Assembly (NCBI GenBank): GCA_964615565.1
Contig: CAZTPC010000003.1
Coordinates: 68-64,067 of the forward strand
Direction of reading: 5' to 3'
Length of the DNA stretch: 64,000 nucleotides
Source of the DNA: an uncultured Candidatus Saccharibacteria bacterium
GTDB taxonomy: Bacteria; Patescibacteriota; Saccharimonadia; Saccharimonadales; AWTP1-31
Under the pieces are notes generated by a model. It searched no databases and was not told the origin of the DNA. It saw only the letters and a program-made list of their open reading frames with translations. Shown in pieces: positions 1 through 9,223 of the stretch. Each line of letters opens with the position of its first letter. Positions within the stretch are counted from its first letter, which is position 1. The position numbers and the translations under genes were made by a program.

Positions 1-228
1 TTCGGGATCTCTGGTGTTGATGACCACTCTGACATGACTCTTCTTGAGCTTCTCGAAGTGGGGCAAGAGGAAGTGGACTCTTTTGGTTGTCATATATGCG
101 CTTTCAATAATTATTTCGCTATGGCATTTCTTTAGATCTCGAACGAATGCCTCGTAGAACTTATTTTCGTCGTAAAGCTTTGAGTCAGGTGAAATTGGCT
201 GGATGCGTTGCAAAATACTACTGAGCAT
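1..228 (-). CDS. Partial CDS (first 76 aa, runs off the left edge): phospholipase D-like (PLD/Nuc-type) domain protein candidate
   Basis: My translation from the ATG at 228 is MLSSILQRIQPISPDSKLYDENKFYEAFVRDLKKCHSEIIIESAYMTTKRVHFLLPHFEKLKKSHVRVVINTRDPE. It stays open to position 1. The pattern matches the N-terminal lobe of PLD-like domains, but the HKD motif lies outside the window. Confidence 0.4.
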   Translation of the reverse strand, partial: MLSSILQRIQPISPDSKLYDENKFYEAFVRDLKKCHSEIIIESAYMTTKRVHFLLPHFEKLKKSHVRVVINTRDPE

Positions 229-341
229 TGCCTACCTCTTGATCTTCCTTGAGCAGTTCTTTGACTTCTTCTATGTTAAAGTTAGGGTCATGCTCGGTGG
301 AAAAGAAAGTTCCATAATCGGCCTCTTTGGCTAGCCAAAGT

Positions 342-372
342 AAAAAGCCCAGTTTTAGGACTGAGCTTTTTT
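342..372. terminator. Bidirectional rho-independent terminator candidate
   Basis: AGCCCAGT (346-353) pairs with ACTGAGCT (360-367) at 7 of 8 bp. An A-run lies on the 5' side and a T-run on the 3' side. It sits between a minus-strand and a plus-strand gene. Confidence 0.45.
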
Positions 373-417
373 CTTTGTATTATTGCTTTTTTGTCCATTA
401 TTTGTTGTAATACTGCG

Positions 418-1026
418 ATGCATTTGATAGTCGAGGTCGGCCCATACGACGAGCCAAGTCTACCTAAACACGGATTTGGTATAGAAGAAGATTACCTATA
501 TCTTGCGGTTGATAACGGCAGCAATGCCAAGGGTCGCGAGGTTAACGCTGAACAGGCTCAGTTCTTTTTAGAAGTGGCTCTCGACGCTGCTACAGACGTA
601 CCCGCTGTAGCGACAGCGGCTGATGCCCTGAACTTACCGATTGCCGATGGCATGGCTAGCGAAGTGATACTCAGTAATGTACTTGGCCAGAGTGACTTTT
701 TTGGTACTCCAGAGAAAAAAGCTCCGATTATTTGTGAGGCTCACCGGGTCCTGCGCCCTGGTGGCTTGATTACCATCTATGAGAATATAACTCCACCCTT
801 AAGTACTGGACTACTAACAATAGTTGAAGCTAGTGGGTTTGCCGTGACAGCGTTTCAGATGTCCAGGAGAGTATTCGCCTGGCCACGTTCTAGGCAGCTT
901 GCCGCACTAGACAAGAGATATAGCAAGAAAGCCGTTGACGCGTTTCTTAGTGACGAATCAATGGGAGCCTTTAACTCAGGGTTCTTTGGCCACCGCTATT
1001 ACATCCAAGCCAATAAGTCAGATTAA
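418..1026 (+). CDS. Class I SAM-dependent methyltransferase-like protein (degenerate motifs)
   Basis: ORF 391-1026. EAHRVLRPGGLITIYE resembles the post-II motif of Rossmann methyltransferases. The N-terminal IVEVGPYD is only a weak GxGxG equivalent. The start is probably the ATG at 418. Confidence 0.4.
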   Translation: MHLIVEVGPYDEPSLPKHGFGIEEDYLYLAVDNGSNAKGREVNAEQAQFFLEVALDAATDVPAVATAADALNLPIADGMASEVILSNVLGQSDFFGTPEKKAPIICEAHRVLRPGGLITIYENITPPLSTGLLTIVEASGFAVTAFQMSRRVFAWPRSRQLAALDKRYSKKAVDAFLSDESMGAFNSGFFGHRYYIQANKSD

Positions 1027-1032
1027 CTACTA

Positions 1033-1482
1033 TCAGACTGTTGCTGGTTCGACTCGAAATGCTTCAGCCAAAACCGTGTCGATAGTAGCTCTATCTGATG
1101 CCCATGTATAGATGGCACCCCTCAGACTATCTAGGGTCCACTTCCCCAAACCTAGTCGAACTTCATGCTCTTTACGATCAACAGGCTCTGGAACCCCAAT
1201 GGACATTCCAGGTACTTCCATGCCCGGGAGTTCATGACCTGCATCATCAGATCGGAGCGGAGTAAACGGTGTTAGATCAACCCTTGAAGCTAAGAGTGTT
1301 GCATAGCCATTAACCATAGTCGTGCCAATGGCAACATACTTTCTGGCATGCGATTCTTGATCACCAGCTTGCTCTAGTGCAATTGGAGTCATTCTGTGTG
1401 GGCATATCCATAACACAGAACCAGATTCGACTTCACGAGTGAAGCCAAGATGAGGGAGTGCGTTGTATGCAGTCGCTTTCAT
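1033..1482 (-). CDS. Hypothetical protein
   Basis: Long ORF. The ATG at 1482 is preceded by TATAAT (1494-1489) plus 6 nt, so I prefer it over the GTG at 1500. I recognise no motif. Confidence 0.5.
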   Translation of the reverse strand: MKATAYNALPHLGFTREVESGSVLWICPHRMTPIALEQAGDQESHARKYVAIGTTMVNGYATLLASRVDLTPFTPLRSDDAGHELPGMEVPGMSIGVPEPVDRKEHEVRLGLGKWTLDSLRGAIYTWASDRATIDTVLAEAFRVEPATV

Positions 1483-1488
1483 ATGCGG

Positions 1489-1494
1489 ATTATA
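1489..1494 (-). promoter_or_regulatory. -10 element TATAAT, 6 nt upstream of the ATG at 1482 (leaderless-type)
   Basis: The minus strand reads TTGTATAAT-CCGCAT-ATG. There is no Shine-Dalgarno. Confidence 0.35.
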
Positions 1495-1536
1495 CAACAC
1501 TTATCCACAGAATCATACCTCATACTTAGAGAAATG

Positions 1537-2592
1537 AAGATCGCTGTTGTAACCTGTTATTACCAACCAGACTATGTACGAGCCGTGACCCTACGCAACG
1601 CTGTCTATGACAACCCAGATCATGAGTTAATTGTTATCAAGAATAAACACAAAGGCTTGCTGCGTTATCCTGAGGTACTGGCCAAACTTATAAAGGTTAG
1701 AGTTACTCAAAAACCTGACGCGTATCTGTTAACTTTTAGAGCTTACGAGATATTCCCTTTTGCCAATATACTCACCTGGCCAAAACCACTCATCTACGAT
1801 GAGTTTTTAAACCCCTTGGAATGGTTAGATGAAGACCGCAAGGAATGGTGGGCAAAGCTCATTCCAAAAAGTCTACTTAGAGGCTTTTACAAGTTACTCA
1901 TCAAGAGGCCAGCGGTTATATTAGCCGATACGGACGCTCATGCATCGTACAGCCAAAAGATCCTAGGGGTAACGTCTCAAAAGTTCGTTGGACTGCCCGT
2001 AGGCACAGACGAATCAGTATTTCATTCTGTCAAACCAACGAAAATGACAAGCACTTTTACAGTCTTCTACTATGCAACGATGATCCCGCTCCATGGGCTT
2101 AATGTAGTACTTGAAGCATTCGAACAGCTGAAAAACGAGCCGATCAAGCTAGTATTCTCTGGAGGCGATAGCGAAACCGTTGCTGCTGTTAACGCCAGCG
2201 TAGAGCGCGGTGCAAATATTGAACATCACCTCTGGATCCCTTACAAAGAACTCAAAACGTATGTTGCAAACACGCAGTTAACTCTTGGTGGGCCATTTGG
2301 CGACACTACACAGGCTCGCATGGTTGTTACCGGTAAAACGTACCAGTTCTTAGCGTGTAACGCGCCTGTTTTGGTTGGCGAAACAGAAGTTAAAACTAGT
2401 TTTAAAGATGGGATAAACTGCTTGAGTGTACCATTGGGGGACCCACTAGCGTTAGCAAACAAGATTACCTGGGCATATAAAAATCCAAAGAAGTTAGAAG
2501 CTATTCGGGTTGCCGGTCGTAAACTGTACGAAGACGAATTTGCACCCGCCTCACTCAGCCATCAATTAGGGAAGATTCTGGAACGACTTTAG
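1537..2592 (+). CDS. Glycosyltransferase, GT-B fold (group 1/GT4-like)
   Basis: The start MKIAVVTCYYQPDY is typical of GT-B enzymes. The C-terminal half (VVTGKTYQFLACNAPVLVGETEV...DGINCLSVPLGDPLALANKI) matches the Glycos_transf_1 pattern. Confidence 0.7.
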   Translation, partial: KIAVVTCYYQPDYVRAVTLRNAVYDNPDHELIVIKNKHKGLLRYPEVLAKLIKVRVTQKPDAYLLTFRAYEIFPFANILTWPKPLIYDEFLNPLEWLDEDRKEWWAKLIPKSLLRGFYKLLIKRPAVILADTDAHASYSQKILGVTSQKFVGLPVGTDESVFHSVKPTKMTSTFTVFYYATMIPLHGLNVVLEAFEQLKNEPIKLVFSGGDSETVAAVNASVERGANIEHHLWIPYKELKTYVANTQLTLGGPFGDTTQARMVVTGKTYQFLACNAPVLVGETEVKTSFKDGINCLSVPLGDPLALANKITWAYKNPKKLEAIRVAGRKLYEDEFAPASLSHQLGKILERL

Positions 2593-3448
2593 TAAGCTTT
2601 TTGTGGCCATGCATAGCTAAGATCACAATAAAGACAATCCCTAGGAACACGACATAAATGCCACGATCGAGAATATTTGCAGCTACAATAGTTGATTCAT
2701 TGATACCATGAATATCCCGAGAGAAGTAAAGGAATGACTCTCTGAAGCCAAGCGCGCCTGGAGTTAGCGATACAAACAAAGCAAAGTTTGCTGCCCCCGT
2801 ATAGATAATAGCCTGTCCAAAGGATACTCCTGGGCTTAATGATCGCAGTTCGCTGAAGTAGATTACTGCGACGACCAATACTTGTAGGACGCTTAGTAGC
2901 ATTAGTATGCCAATAGACTTAATAGGTAGTATCTGCGGAATTAACTTCTTTACAGTCGGAATCTTTAATACCTTAGGCATGCCAAGATACATACTAACCA
3001 CCACGACACCAAACAGCGCCAGAATCCACCAGCCAAACACACCACTGAGTAGCATGAGTCCGCTAACCACTGCAAAGCACACATAGTACAAGAGACTAAC
3101 CCCAATATACGCGGGCACATTGATCTTATATTTACGCTTTAGATATACAAGCCGAAAACCAGGTCCACTTTGCAGTGGGCCGAAGAAGTTCACAACATTG
3201 GAATACATAGTAAGTAGCAGGTTCTCTTTAGCCGGAATCTTTACTTTGCAAATATCCGTCATGACCTTGTACAGGAGCGTCAGAACCCCTGTCATGGCAG
3301 CGTACCCAAGAATAACTAGAAGGATAGTTACTGGCTTTGTTTTCTGTAGCTGCCACCATACATTAGGATTTGCCTTTATAAAACGGACAAATACAACAAC
3401 TGTTAGTAAGATGATGCCCCATCCGGCAATAATTCGTAAGCGTTTCAC
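2555..3448 (-). CDS. Polytopic membrane protein, flippase-like / lysyl-PG-synthase TM-region (UPF0104) family candidate
   Basis: 297 aa with about 8 hydrophobic helices. The GALGFRESFLYF-type segment is typical of the LPG_synthase_TM family, which is often paired with glycosyltransferases. The start is a GTG. Confidence 0.5.
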   Translation of the reverse strand: MKRLRIIAGWGIILLTVVVFVRFIKANPNVWWQLQKTKPVTILLVILGYAAMTGVLTLLYKVMTDICKVKIPAKENLLLTMYSNVVNFFGPLQSGPGFRLVYLKRKYKINVPAYIGVSLLYYVCFAVVSGLMLLSGVFGWWILALFGVVVVSMYLGMPKVLKIPTVKKLIPQILPIKSIGILMLLSVLQVLVVAVIYFSELRSLSPGVSFGQAIIYTGAANFALFVSLTPGALGFRESFLYFSRDIHGINESTIVAANILDRGIYVVFLGIVFIVILAMHGHKKLTKVVPESSLIDG

Positions 3449-3455
3449 TACAAAT

Positions 3456-3461
3456 ATTCTA
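3456..3461 (-). promoter_or_regulatory. -10 element TAGAAT, 7 nt upstream of the GTG at 3448 (leaderless-type)
   Basis: The minus strand reads TAGAAT-ATTTGTA-GTG. It is back-to-back with the plus-strand TATACT at 3493-3498. Confidence 0.35.
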
Positions 3462-3492
3462 GCATCTCAGCGGATTTATCGTTTAGCTGCGC

Positions 3493-3498
3493 TATACT
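3493..3498 (+). promoter_or_regulatory. -10 element TATACT, 7 nt upstream of the ATG at 3506 (leaderless-type)
   Basis: TATACT-AATGCTA-ATG. The ATG at 3500 is only 1 nt from the hexamer, so 3506 is the more plausible start. Confidence 0.3.
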
Positions 3499-3505
3499 AA
3501 TGCTA

Positions 3506-5017
3506 ATGTCAAAACTATCAATCTCATCTAAGATTCTTAGTGCAGTGCGCTCTGAAATCTTCTTTAAACTTACCATTGCCTACTTTGCGTTACAGGCAGG
3601 ATGGCTGGCATTTACAGCACAGTACCCAATGGCCTACGACGAAGAGTTCCACTTTAATGTCATGCGTTTGTATGCCGAGAGGCTACACCCGTTCTGGACT
3701 GCAACACCTACCGGTAGTTCAACATATGGAGCGATATCCCGCGACCCTTCATATATGTATCACTTTGTTATGAGCTTCCCACTGCGGCTATTTGAGCAAT
3801 TTGTCCATACCGAAAGGTACCAGATACTATTCTTGCGGTTCTGCAGCATTGCCTTCTTTATTGTAGGTCTATGGCTGTTCAGAAAAGTTCTTAGACGTGC
3901 AAACGTTTCTAAGGCACTTAGTAATGTTGTTATTGTGATGGTTGCAGCAACTCCTCTGGTTCCTTTCTTGGCCGCGCAAATGAACTACGACAACTTAATA
4001 TTCCTTCTACTTCCAGCTGCAATACTTCAACTCCAGACTGTGCTAGCAAAACTCAAAGAGTCTCACAAACTTGATCTTCGAAGTTTCCTGTACTGGTGTC
4101 TCATTAGCATGTTCGCCAGCCTAGTAAAGTACGCCTTTTTACCGGTACTATTGGCAATGGGTCTAACTCTAGTCTTCTACTACTTCCGTCAGGGTCCTAA
4201 GACTTGGAAACTGCGATCAAAAAATATTAGGTCAGACTGGCAGAAAATAGGAACTAGAACAAGGATAGTCCTAGCGACACTTTTTGTTATCTTATTTGGT
4301 CTCTGCTTTGAACGCTACGGGGTTAATACAATCCGATACCATACCCCCGTACCTGAGTGTGACCAGGTCTTATCGATTAACGAATGTCTAGATTTTGGGC
4401 CATGGCGCCGGAACTACTACACCAGAAACAGTAAGCTTAGCGGCCAGCTCGTCCCAGAGAACATTACCTTTGGACAATTTGCGCTTCGTAAGTGGCTCAG
4501 CCAGACGACATACCATCTGTTCTACTCACTCGATGGACCAAGGGACGGCTACCAGCTTGCAAGAGCCTACCGAGTTAACCGTGAGTCCTCAGTGATCATA
4601 TTTATTGCAGGCGTCGTCTTTTATGTAGCTCAGTTTACATATCTCAGAAAGCACTACAAACTAGGAGTGCTCTTACTACTCGCTCTTCTATATCTATTCG
4701 TACTGCTATTACAGAACTACTCGGACTTCCGCCACCTTGGGTACCCATTTGGAATCCAAGGCCGATACTTGATACCGATGTTGCCGATTATTTACAGCGT
4801 TATAGGCGTAAGTTATGCGGGAATACTCCGCAGACTTCCTCGTGCCAAGCTAGCATTAGGAGTTATTGCTATGATGGTCATAATTACACAAGCTGGTGGA
4901 GCCTCAACCTATATTCTTCGAAGTGACTCAACCTGGTACTGGGTTGGCGACAACAGTGTATTGCAGATGAATAATGCTGCTAAGCGTGTTATTCGGCCTT
5001 TCGTAATCGGTAATTAA
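3506..5017 (+). CDS. Large polytopic membrane protein, GT-C-like (ArnT/PMT-type) glycosyltransferase candidate
   Basis: About 500 aa with more than 10 TM helices. A DE-containing first loop (PMAYDEEFHF) follows TM1, as in GT39/GT83 enzymes. Confidence 0.45.
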   Translation: MSKLSISSKILSAVRSEIFFKLTIAYFALQAGWLAFTAQYPMAYDEEFHFNVMRLYAERLHPFWTATPTGSSTYGAISRDPSYMYHFVMSFPLRLFEQFVHTERYQILFLRFCSIAFFIVGLWLFRKVLRRANVSKALSNVVIVMVAATPLVPFLAAQMNYDNLIFLLLPAAILQLQTVLAKLKESHKLDLRSFLYWCLISMFASLVKYAFLPVLLAMGLTLVFYYFRQGPKTWKLRSKNIRSDWQKIGTRTRIVLATLFVILFGLCFERYGVNTIRYHTPVPECDQVLSINECLDFGPWRRNYYTRNSKLSGQLVPENITFGQFALRKWLSQTTYHLFYSLDGPRDGYQLARAYRVNRESSVIIFIAGVVFYVAQFTYLRKHYKLGVLLLLALLYLFVLLLQNYSDFRHLGYPFGIQGRYLIPMLPIIYSVIGVSYAGILRRLPRAKLALGVIAMMVIITQAGGASTYILRSDSTWYWVGDNSVLQMNNAAKRVIRPFVIGN

Positions 5018-6360
5018 TTCTGTTCTCTCTTCCATGTACCAAGCGATTGTTGGTAGTTAGTGGCCGCGCCCAAGACCGTAACATCTTGCCCGACAATATA
5101 TACATCTGCTCGGCCGTCCCGATCATGATCACCTACAATGTAGCTTGATCCGTGTCCTAATTCTTGAAGTGGCGCATGCCACTCTGCTAGCGGAGCACTA
5201 AACTTACTACTTCCATCTAGGATACGGATATCGACCTGGGACTGGTCAAATTTCATAGAGTATAGATCCAGGCTGCCATTCCCATCGTAATCTGCAAGTG
5301 AGTAATCTTGTTTGGCAGTATCTGTTGCTTGGCTTGTTTCCCAGTCGCCTATCTTCTCTGTATAGCCCTTGGAACCATCAAGGATAATGACCTCGTTCTT
5401 ACGGCTAGCCGTGCCAGCTGACCGTACTATATATAAATCTAGCTGGCCGTCGGCATTAGCATCAGCGATCAAGAACGACAGCGAGACTTCCGTCATAAGT
5501 GACTGGCTGGTCTGCCAATGCTGTTGCCAGGCAGTGTTACCATCGTCGGCGCTCGTTCTACTTACTTCAATCTTGTCACTATTGGTCTTTTTATACTCCA
5601 CAGCGTAAATGTTAACTTCGTCCTTTTGTGGGTCAACTGCCGGGATATAGCTTACGCCATCTGTGGCTGGGAGCACGGAGCTAGCTGTCGCGGTTAGTGG
5701 CTCCAGTGGGGCGACTACTTCCTTTGGCTTTACTGCTTCTGGTGAAGCCACAACTTCAGCTGAAACCTGCTGCTGGGCAACGGGAGCTAACTCTTGCTTG
5801 TCGGCAATATGTATATAGTTATTTGCCCGGACACGCGACTGACGACTAAAAACACCAGTGCCGGCTTTGTTGTATTGCTCTACATTCACAGAACCGTCAG
5901 GGTTAACGGCGACCACATACGCCACGTGGCCGTAATAACTCTCCCATTGAGCTATCGAGCCTATAGCAGGGGTAGAATCAACACGGTATCCACTCCTCTT
6001 GGCGGAGGCATCCCAGTTTTTTGCATCTCCCCAGCCTGGTATATTCACCGCGAACTCTTGGTTTATTCGCCACGCAACATACGATGTACAGTTTCGCACA
6101 TCATATCGCCATGGGTCGCTTTCGAAATAGCGTACACCTAATTTACTGGTTGTATGGCCAGGACACGTTCCTGCGGCTTGCATCGCAGGCTGACAAGATC
6201 TATATCCCCAGTCGTAAGACGCGGACCTAACAAGAGTGGCGTCGGCCCACGGGTAACCTCCTGTATCTGTTGCTCCCAAGGAGTGAACCGGAATCAGCAC
6301 ACTACTTACCAGCATTGATACGGTTGCTACCGCACTTAGTATCTTGATTGTTGTCCTCAT
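5014..6360 (-). CDS. Secreted CHAP-domain peptidoglycan amidase/peptidase with C-terminal FG-GAP/VCBS-like repeats
   Basis: Signal peptide MRTTIKILSAVATVSMLVSS follows an AGAGGT Shine-Dalgarno. The CHAP Cys (NCTSYVAWRI) and His (YGHVAYVV) are present. There are three Ca-loop repeats: DANADGQLDLY, DYDGNGSLDLY and DHDRDGRADVY. Confidence 0.75.
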   Translation of the reverse strand: MRTTIKILSAVATVSMLVSSVLIPVHSLGATDTGGYPWADATLVRSASYDWGYRSCQPAMQAAGTCPGHTTSKLGVRYFESDPWRYDVRNCTSYVAWRINQEFAVNIPGWGDAKNWDASAKRSGYRVDSTPAIGSIAQWESYYGHVAYVVAVNPDGSVNVEQYNKAGTGVFSRQSRVRANNYIHIADKQELAPVAQQQVSAEVVASPEAVKPKEVVAPLEPLTATASSVLPATDGVSYIPAVDPQKDEVNIYAVEYKKTNSDKIEVSRTSADDGNTAWQQHWQTSQSLMTEVSLSFLIADANADGQLDLYIVRSAGTASRKNEVIILDGSKGYTEKIGDWETSQATDTAKQDYSLADYDGNGSLDLYSMKFDQSQVDIRILDGSSKFSAPLAEWHAPLQELGHGSSYIVGDHDRDGRADVYIVGQDVTVLGAATNYQQSLGTWKREQN

Positions 6361-6475
6361 GCTTACCTCTGTTATTACGTATTGCAATCATCTCGAACCA
6401 AAATGTTTAGTGTCAAAAGTTTCAGAACTACTTCAGAATTGACAGTACGAAGATGCTTATGCTTGAATTACTCTA

Positions 6476-7021
6476 ATGGCATTAAAATCTTCACCTTTGC
6501 GCGCACGGTTGCGCCGTCTGACAAATATTCATTATCTTCTCGCTGTGGCCTCTATAGGGCAGCTAGTTATCTTTGATGCAGGCAAGCTCATACCACCTGA
6601 GGTTGTTTTGCAACGATGGGTAGCAAGCGGGCTATTCGTAGGTCTCATAACGGTCATCTGGTATGTATCTCGTAATCGCTCAGGTCAGGAAGCTACACTA
6701 AAGAAACTACTCGCCGGACTCGTAGCCATCGATATCGCATTTGCTTCATTTGCTGTCTATACCCAGCGTGGTATGGCGAGTCGAGCAGTTGCGCTGTATG
6801 CAATTGCCATAATTGTAGCGGCGGCAATAAACAGGCGAAGTGCGCTCATTGCTAGTGCAATTCTAAGCGCCGCAGCATATATAACGACTTGTGTTTCATA
6901 TTTTGTGCTTCATTTTAACGAGGGCTATAAACTAGAACTATATGGCGAAACTGGATTCTATGCGGTGTGCATGATCTTATTCGCCCTCACCCTTTGGGCT
7001 GTGGTTAAACCCGAGAAGTAA
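6476..7021 (+). CDS. Hypothetical integral membrane protein
   Basis: 181-aa ORF with 5-6 hydrophobic segments and no recognisable motif. Confidence 0.45.
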   Translation: MALKSSPLRARLRRLTNIHYLLAVASIGQLVIFDAGKLIPPEVVLQRWVASGLFVGLITVIWYVSRNRSGQEATLKKLLAGLVAIDIAFASFAVYTQRGMASRAVALYAIAIIVAAAINRRSALIASAILSAAAYITTCVSYFVLHFNEGYKLELYGETGFYAVCMILFALTLWAVVKPEK

Positions 7022-7083
7022 CGTAAGATACTTAACTGTCATGTAGTGTCATTAGCTGTAATATTTAGTTACGGAGGTAAATT

Positions 7084-7332
7084 ATGCCTGAATTTTTACA
7101 GAATAGAGACAGTTCAAAATCGGTTAACGCCGAAAAGATAGAAGCAAGACGGATATTGAACCAAGCTAGAGTTTCAGAGAAACGCGTTGGCAAGTTCATG
7201 TTCCAACTATTTGAAGATATGCGGATGAAACTTAGAACAGGTAAAGAAAGACGCGTCATCATGCAAGAGGAGCAACGCCTTAGATTAAGGAGCAAGTGGG
7301 AGAAACTGATTGGACGTAGTCCGTCGTGGTAA
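7084..7332 (+). CDS. Small basic hypothetical protein (82 aa)
   Basis: A GGAGGT Shine-Dalgarno lies 6 nt upstream of the ATG. A strong terminator follows at 7361-7390. Confidence 0.5.
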   Translation: MPEFLQNRDSSKSVNAEKIEARRILNQARVSEKRVGKFMFQLFEDMRMKLRTGKERRVIMQEEQRLRLRSKWEKLIGRSPSW

Positions 7333-7360
7333 GCTCGTGGTAGGAGAATGCCAAGTAAAA

Positions 7361-7390
7361 AGCCCCGGCGATTGCCGGGGCTTTATTGTG
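7361..7390 (+). terminator. Rho-independent terminator
   Basis: AGCCCCGGC-GATT-GCCGGGGCT gives a perfect 9-bp GC-rich stem. It is followed by TTATTGTG. Confidence 0.65.
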
Positions 7391-7401
7391 TAGTTGAGGT
7401 A

Positions 7402-7542
7402 TTAATCTTGCAGTCGTGCGGGGATGATCTTTGGGACGACCATGTCGGCCATCTCCTCTGATATTGCCTCTAGGTATTCTAGGTCGAGTCTGCCACCTGT
7501 AGGAATTACGAAGTTTTTTCGTGCAATCTTCATTTGTTTCAT
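7402..7542 (-). CDS. Possible small ORF (46 aa), not in the ORF track
   Basis: My translation is MKQMKIARKNFVIPTGGRLDLEYLEAISEEMADMVVPKIIPARLQD. AAAGGAG lies just upstream. It fills an otherwise empty 330-nt gap. Confidence 0.3.
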   Translation of the reverse strand: MKQMKIARKNFVIPTGGRLDLEYLEAISEEMADMVVPKIIPARLQD

Positions 7543-7666
7543 GCTCCTTTTTAGTTGGTAGTTTCAGTGTAGCTTATGGTTACTGAAGGTCAGCTGTAAG
7601 ATACCTTACTTTAAGCCAGATTCCCAATACTTTACAAATTGTATTATTGGCTTAGTATACATAGTT

Positions 7667-8041
7667 ATGGTTCAAACAACACAAGAACAATTCGAAGCAA
7701 TCGTAAGTGAAGCCATCGATGCTATCCCCGAGAAATACTACCAACATATTGAAAACGTCGTATTCATGGTCGAAGACCAGCCATCACCTGAACAACGTAA
7801 AAAACTACAACTCCATGGAGGTCAAACATTGTTCGGATTATACGAAGGGATTCCCATAACCAAACGAAGCAGCGGTTACAATATGGTACTGCCTGACAAA
7901 ATAACAATATTCAAATTACCCTGTGAATGGGCGTGCGAAACCTTAGAGGAGCTCCGCAAGCAAGTACATCAAACCGTTTGGCATGAGGTTGCTCACTACT
8001 ACGGACTAGACCATTTACAGATTCACGAACTAGAGAGCTAG
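7667..8041 (+). CDS. Small zincin-type metallopeptidase family protein (DUF1025/Zincin_1-like)
   Basis: 124 aa with a C-terminal HEVAHYYG zinc-binding motif. The size and layout are typical of this family. Confidence 0.65.
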   Translation: MVQTTQEQFEAIVSEAIDAIPEKYYQHIENVVFMVEDQPSPEQRKKLQLHGGQTLFGLYEGIPITKRSSGYNMVLPDKITIFKLPCEWACETLEELRKQVHQTVWHEVAHYYGLDHLQIHELES

Positions 8042-8547
8042 TCGTAGCGGTTTCCTTTTACCCGAAAGTGCTTAAAAATGAGCCCATCAAAGAGCAAGTG
8101 ACTAAAATAGCCTGCAACCGCGGCACCGTAAATAAGTAATGCTGTAGCCAAGATACTGGATTTGTTAAGATACGGAACGAGAACAATTGGCAGCGGCACC
8201 AGAACCATAGCGATCTTACTATGCGTCCACCCACGATGACGACTCAGTACAGGCGTCATGGCTAGTAAACCAAAGTACGCGGCTGCCTCTAGTCGTCCGG
8301 AGGCAATTAATAACACATCTACAATAAAGCCAAGACCGTAGAAGATGTTCTGGCCCTTACTGTTAGTATCTATATCTGGCCATAGTGCAAACAGAACTGC
8401 TATCACATATAAACCAACAACTAGCTGCCAGTGGCTCACGATACCTGCTGTCTGGTAAAGGATACTTCCTGGGAATAGCTGCAGCACGCCTAGGTATGCC
8501 GTGTTGCACAATACTCCGCCAACAACGTGCCCCTTATAGTTGGCCAC
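8038..8547 (-). CDS. Membrane-bound metal-dependent hydrolase (DUF457/YdjM family)
   Basis: The N-terminal HVVGG, PDIDT, HRGWTHS and SHLLFDG motifs are spread across TM helices. Confidence 0.6.
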   Translation of the reverse strand: MANYKGHVVGGVLCNTAYLGVLQLFPGSILYQTAGIVSHWQLVVGLYVIAVLFALWPDIDTNSKGQNIFYGLGFIVDVLLIASGRLEAAAYFGLLAMTPVLSRHRGWTHSKIAMVLVPLPIVLVPYLNKSSILATALLIYGAAVAGYFSHLLFDGLIFKHFRVKGNRYD

Positions 8548-9223
8548 GAATCACCTGCCAGAATGTGTCAGCCCAAACTCTGTATGTGATGTTATTCGGA
8601 TGAAAGAAATCAGCAGCATAGCCAAAAATAGTATTCCGTTTAGTAGTTGCGCTTTGAAGTCCAACAAAGTGTAGATCAGAGCGAGTGCTTACCAACCGTT
8701 TAATAATCTTCGATGCCTGCTCTGCATTCTTACGACGCAGGGGACGAGTCTGGAAGAACGGCATGTCACTTACGTATGTTCCTTTGGGCAGTAATCGTAT
8801 AAGCTCGGTGTACTGAGAGGTGAACTTCTCTTCATCAAAATCTTTGACATCGTTACCACCAATTTCGATAGTGACTAGATTAGGTTTAAGGTTACCGATT
8901 TGAGGAATTTGCTTATCAACTACATCTTGCACTCGTGCACCGGAGACACTTAGGTTCACTACCTTGACCGACTTACCTGTTTGAGCCGCAACCCTATCAG
9001 CAATAAGACCAACATAGCCTTTTTGAGGTTGACTTGCTCCAAGGCCTTGGGCGGCGCTGTCTCCTAGGGCTAGGTATACAAAATCGCCAGCTTGCTTTGA
9101 TCGCAGTTGCCAGTACATTTTATTGCCAGAGACTTGGTTAATAAGCAGGATGAGCATTACCCCTTCAGCGAAGACAAGAGCAGCCACAACAGTAAGCACA
9201 TATAATGCGTATACTACTCTCAT
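8534..9223 (-). CDS. SGNH/GDSL-family hydrolase, membrane-anchored
   Basis: Block I is LALGDSAAQG, block III is IEIGGNDV and block V is DFFHPN. There is an N-terminal TM helix. Confidence 0.75.
   Translation of the reverse strand: MRVVYALYVLTVVAALVFAEGVMLILLINQVSGNKMYWQLRSKQAGDFVYLALGDSAAQGLGASQPQKGYVGLIADRVAAQTGKSVKVVNLSVSGARVQDVVDKQIPQIGNLKPNLVTIEIGGNDVKDFDEEKFTSQYTELIRLLPKGTYVSDMPFFQTRPLRRKNAEQASKIIKRLVSTRSDLHFVGLQSATTKRNTIFGYAADFFHPNNITYRVWADTFWQVIRGQL

Noticed and set aside
3120-3500. A 126-aa plus-strand ORF overlapping the flippase-like gene
   Set aside because: It is antisense to a convincing polytopic membrane protein ORF. It has no start signals, and its composition is typical of antisense translation of a TM-rich gene.
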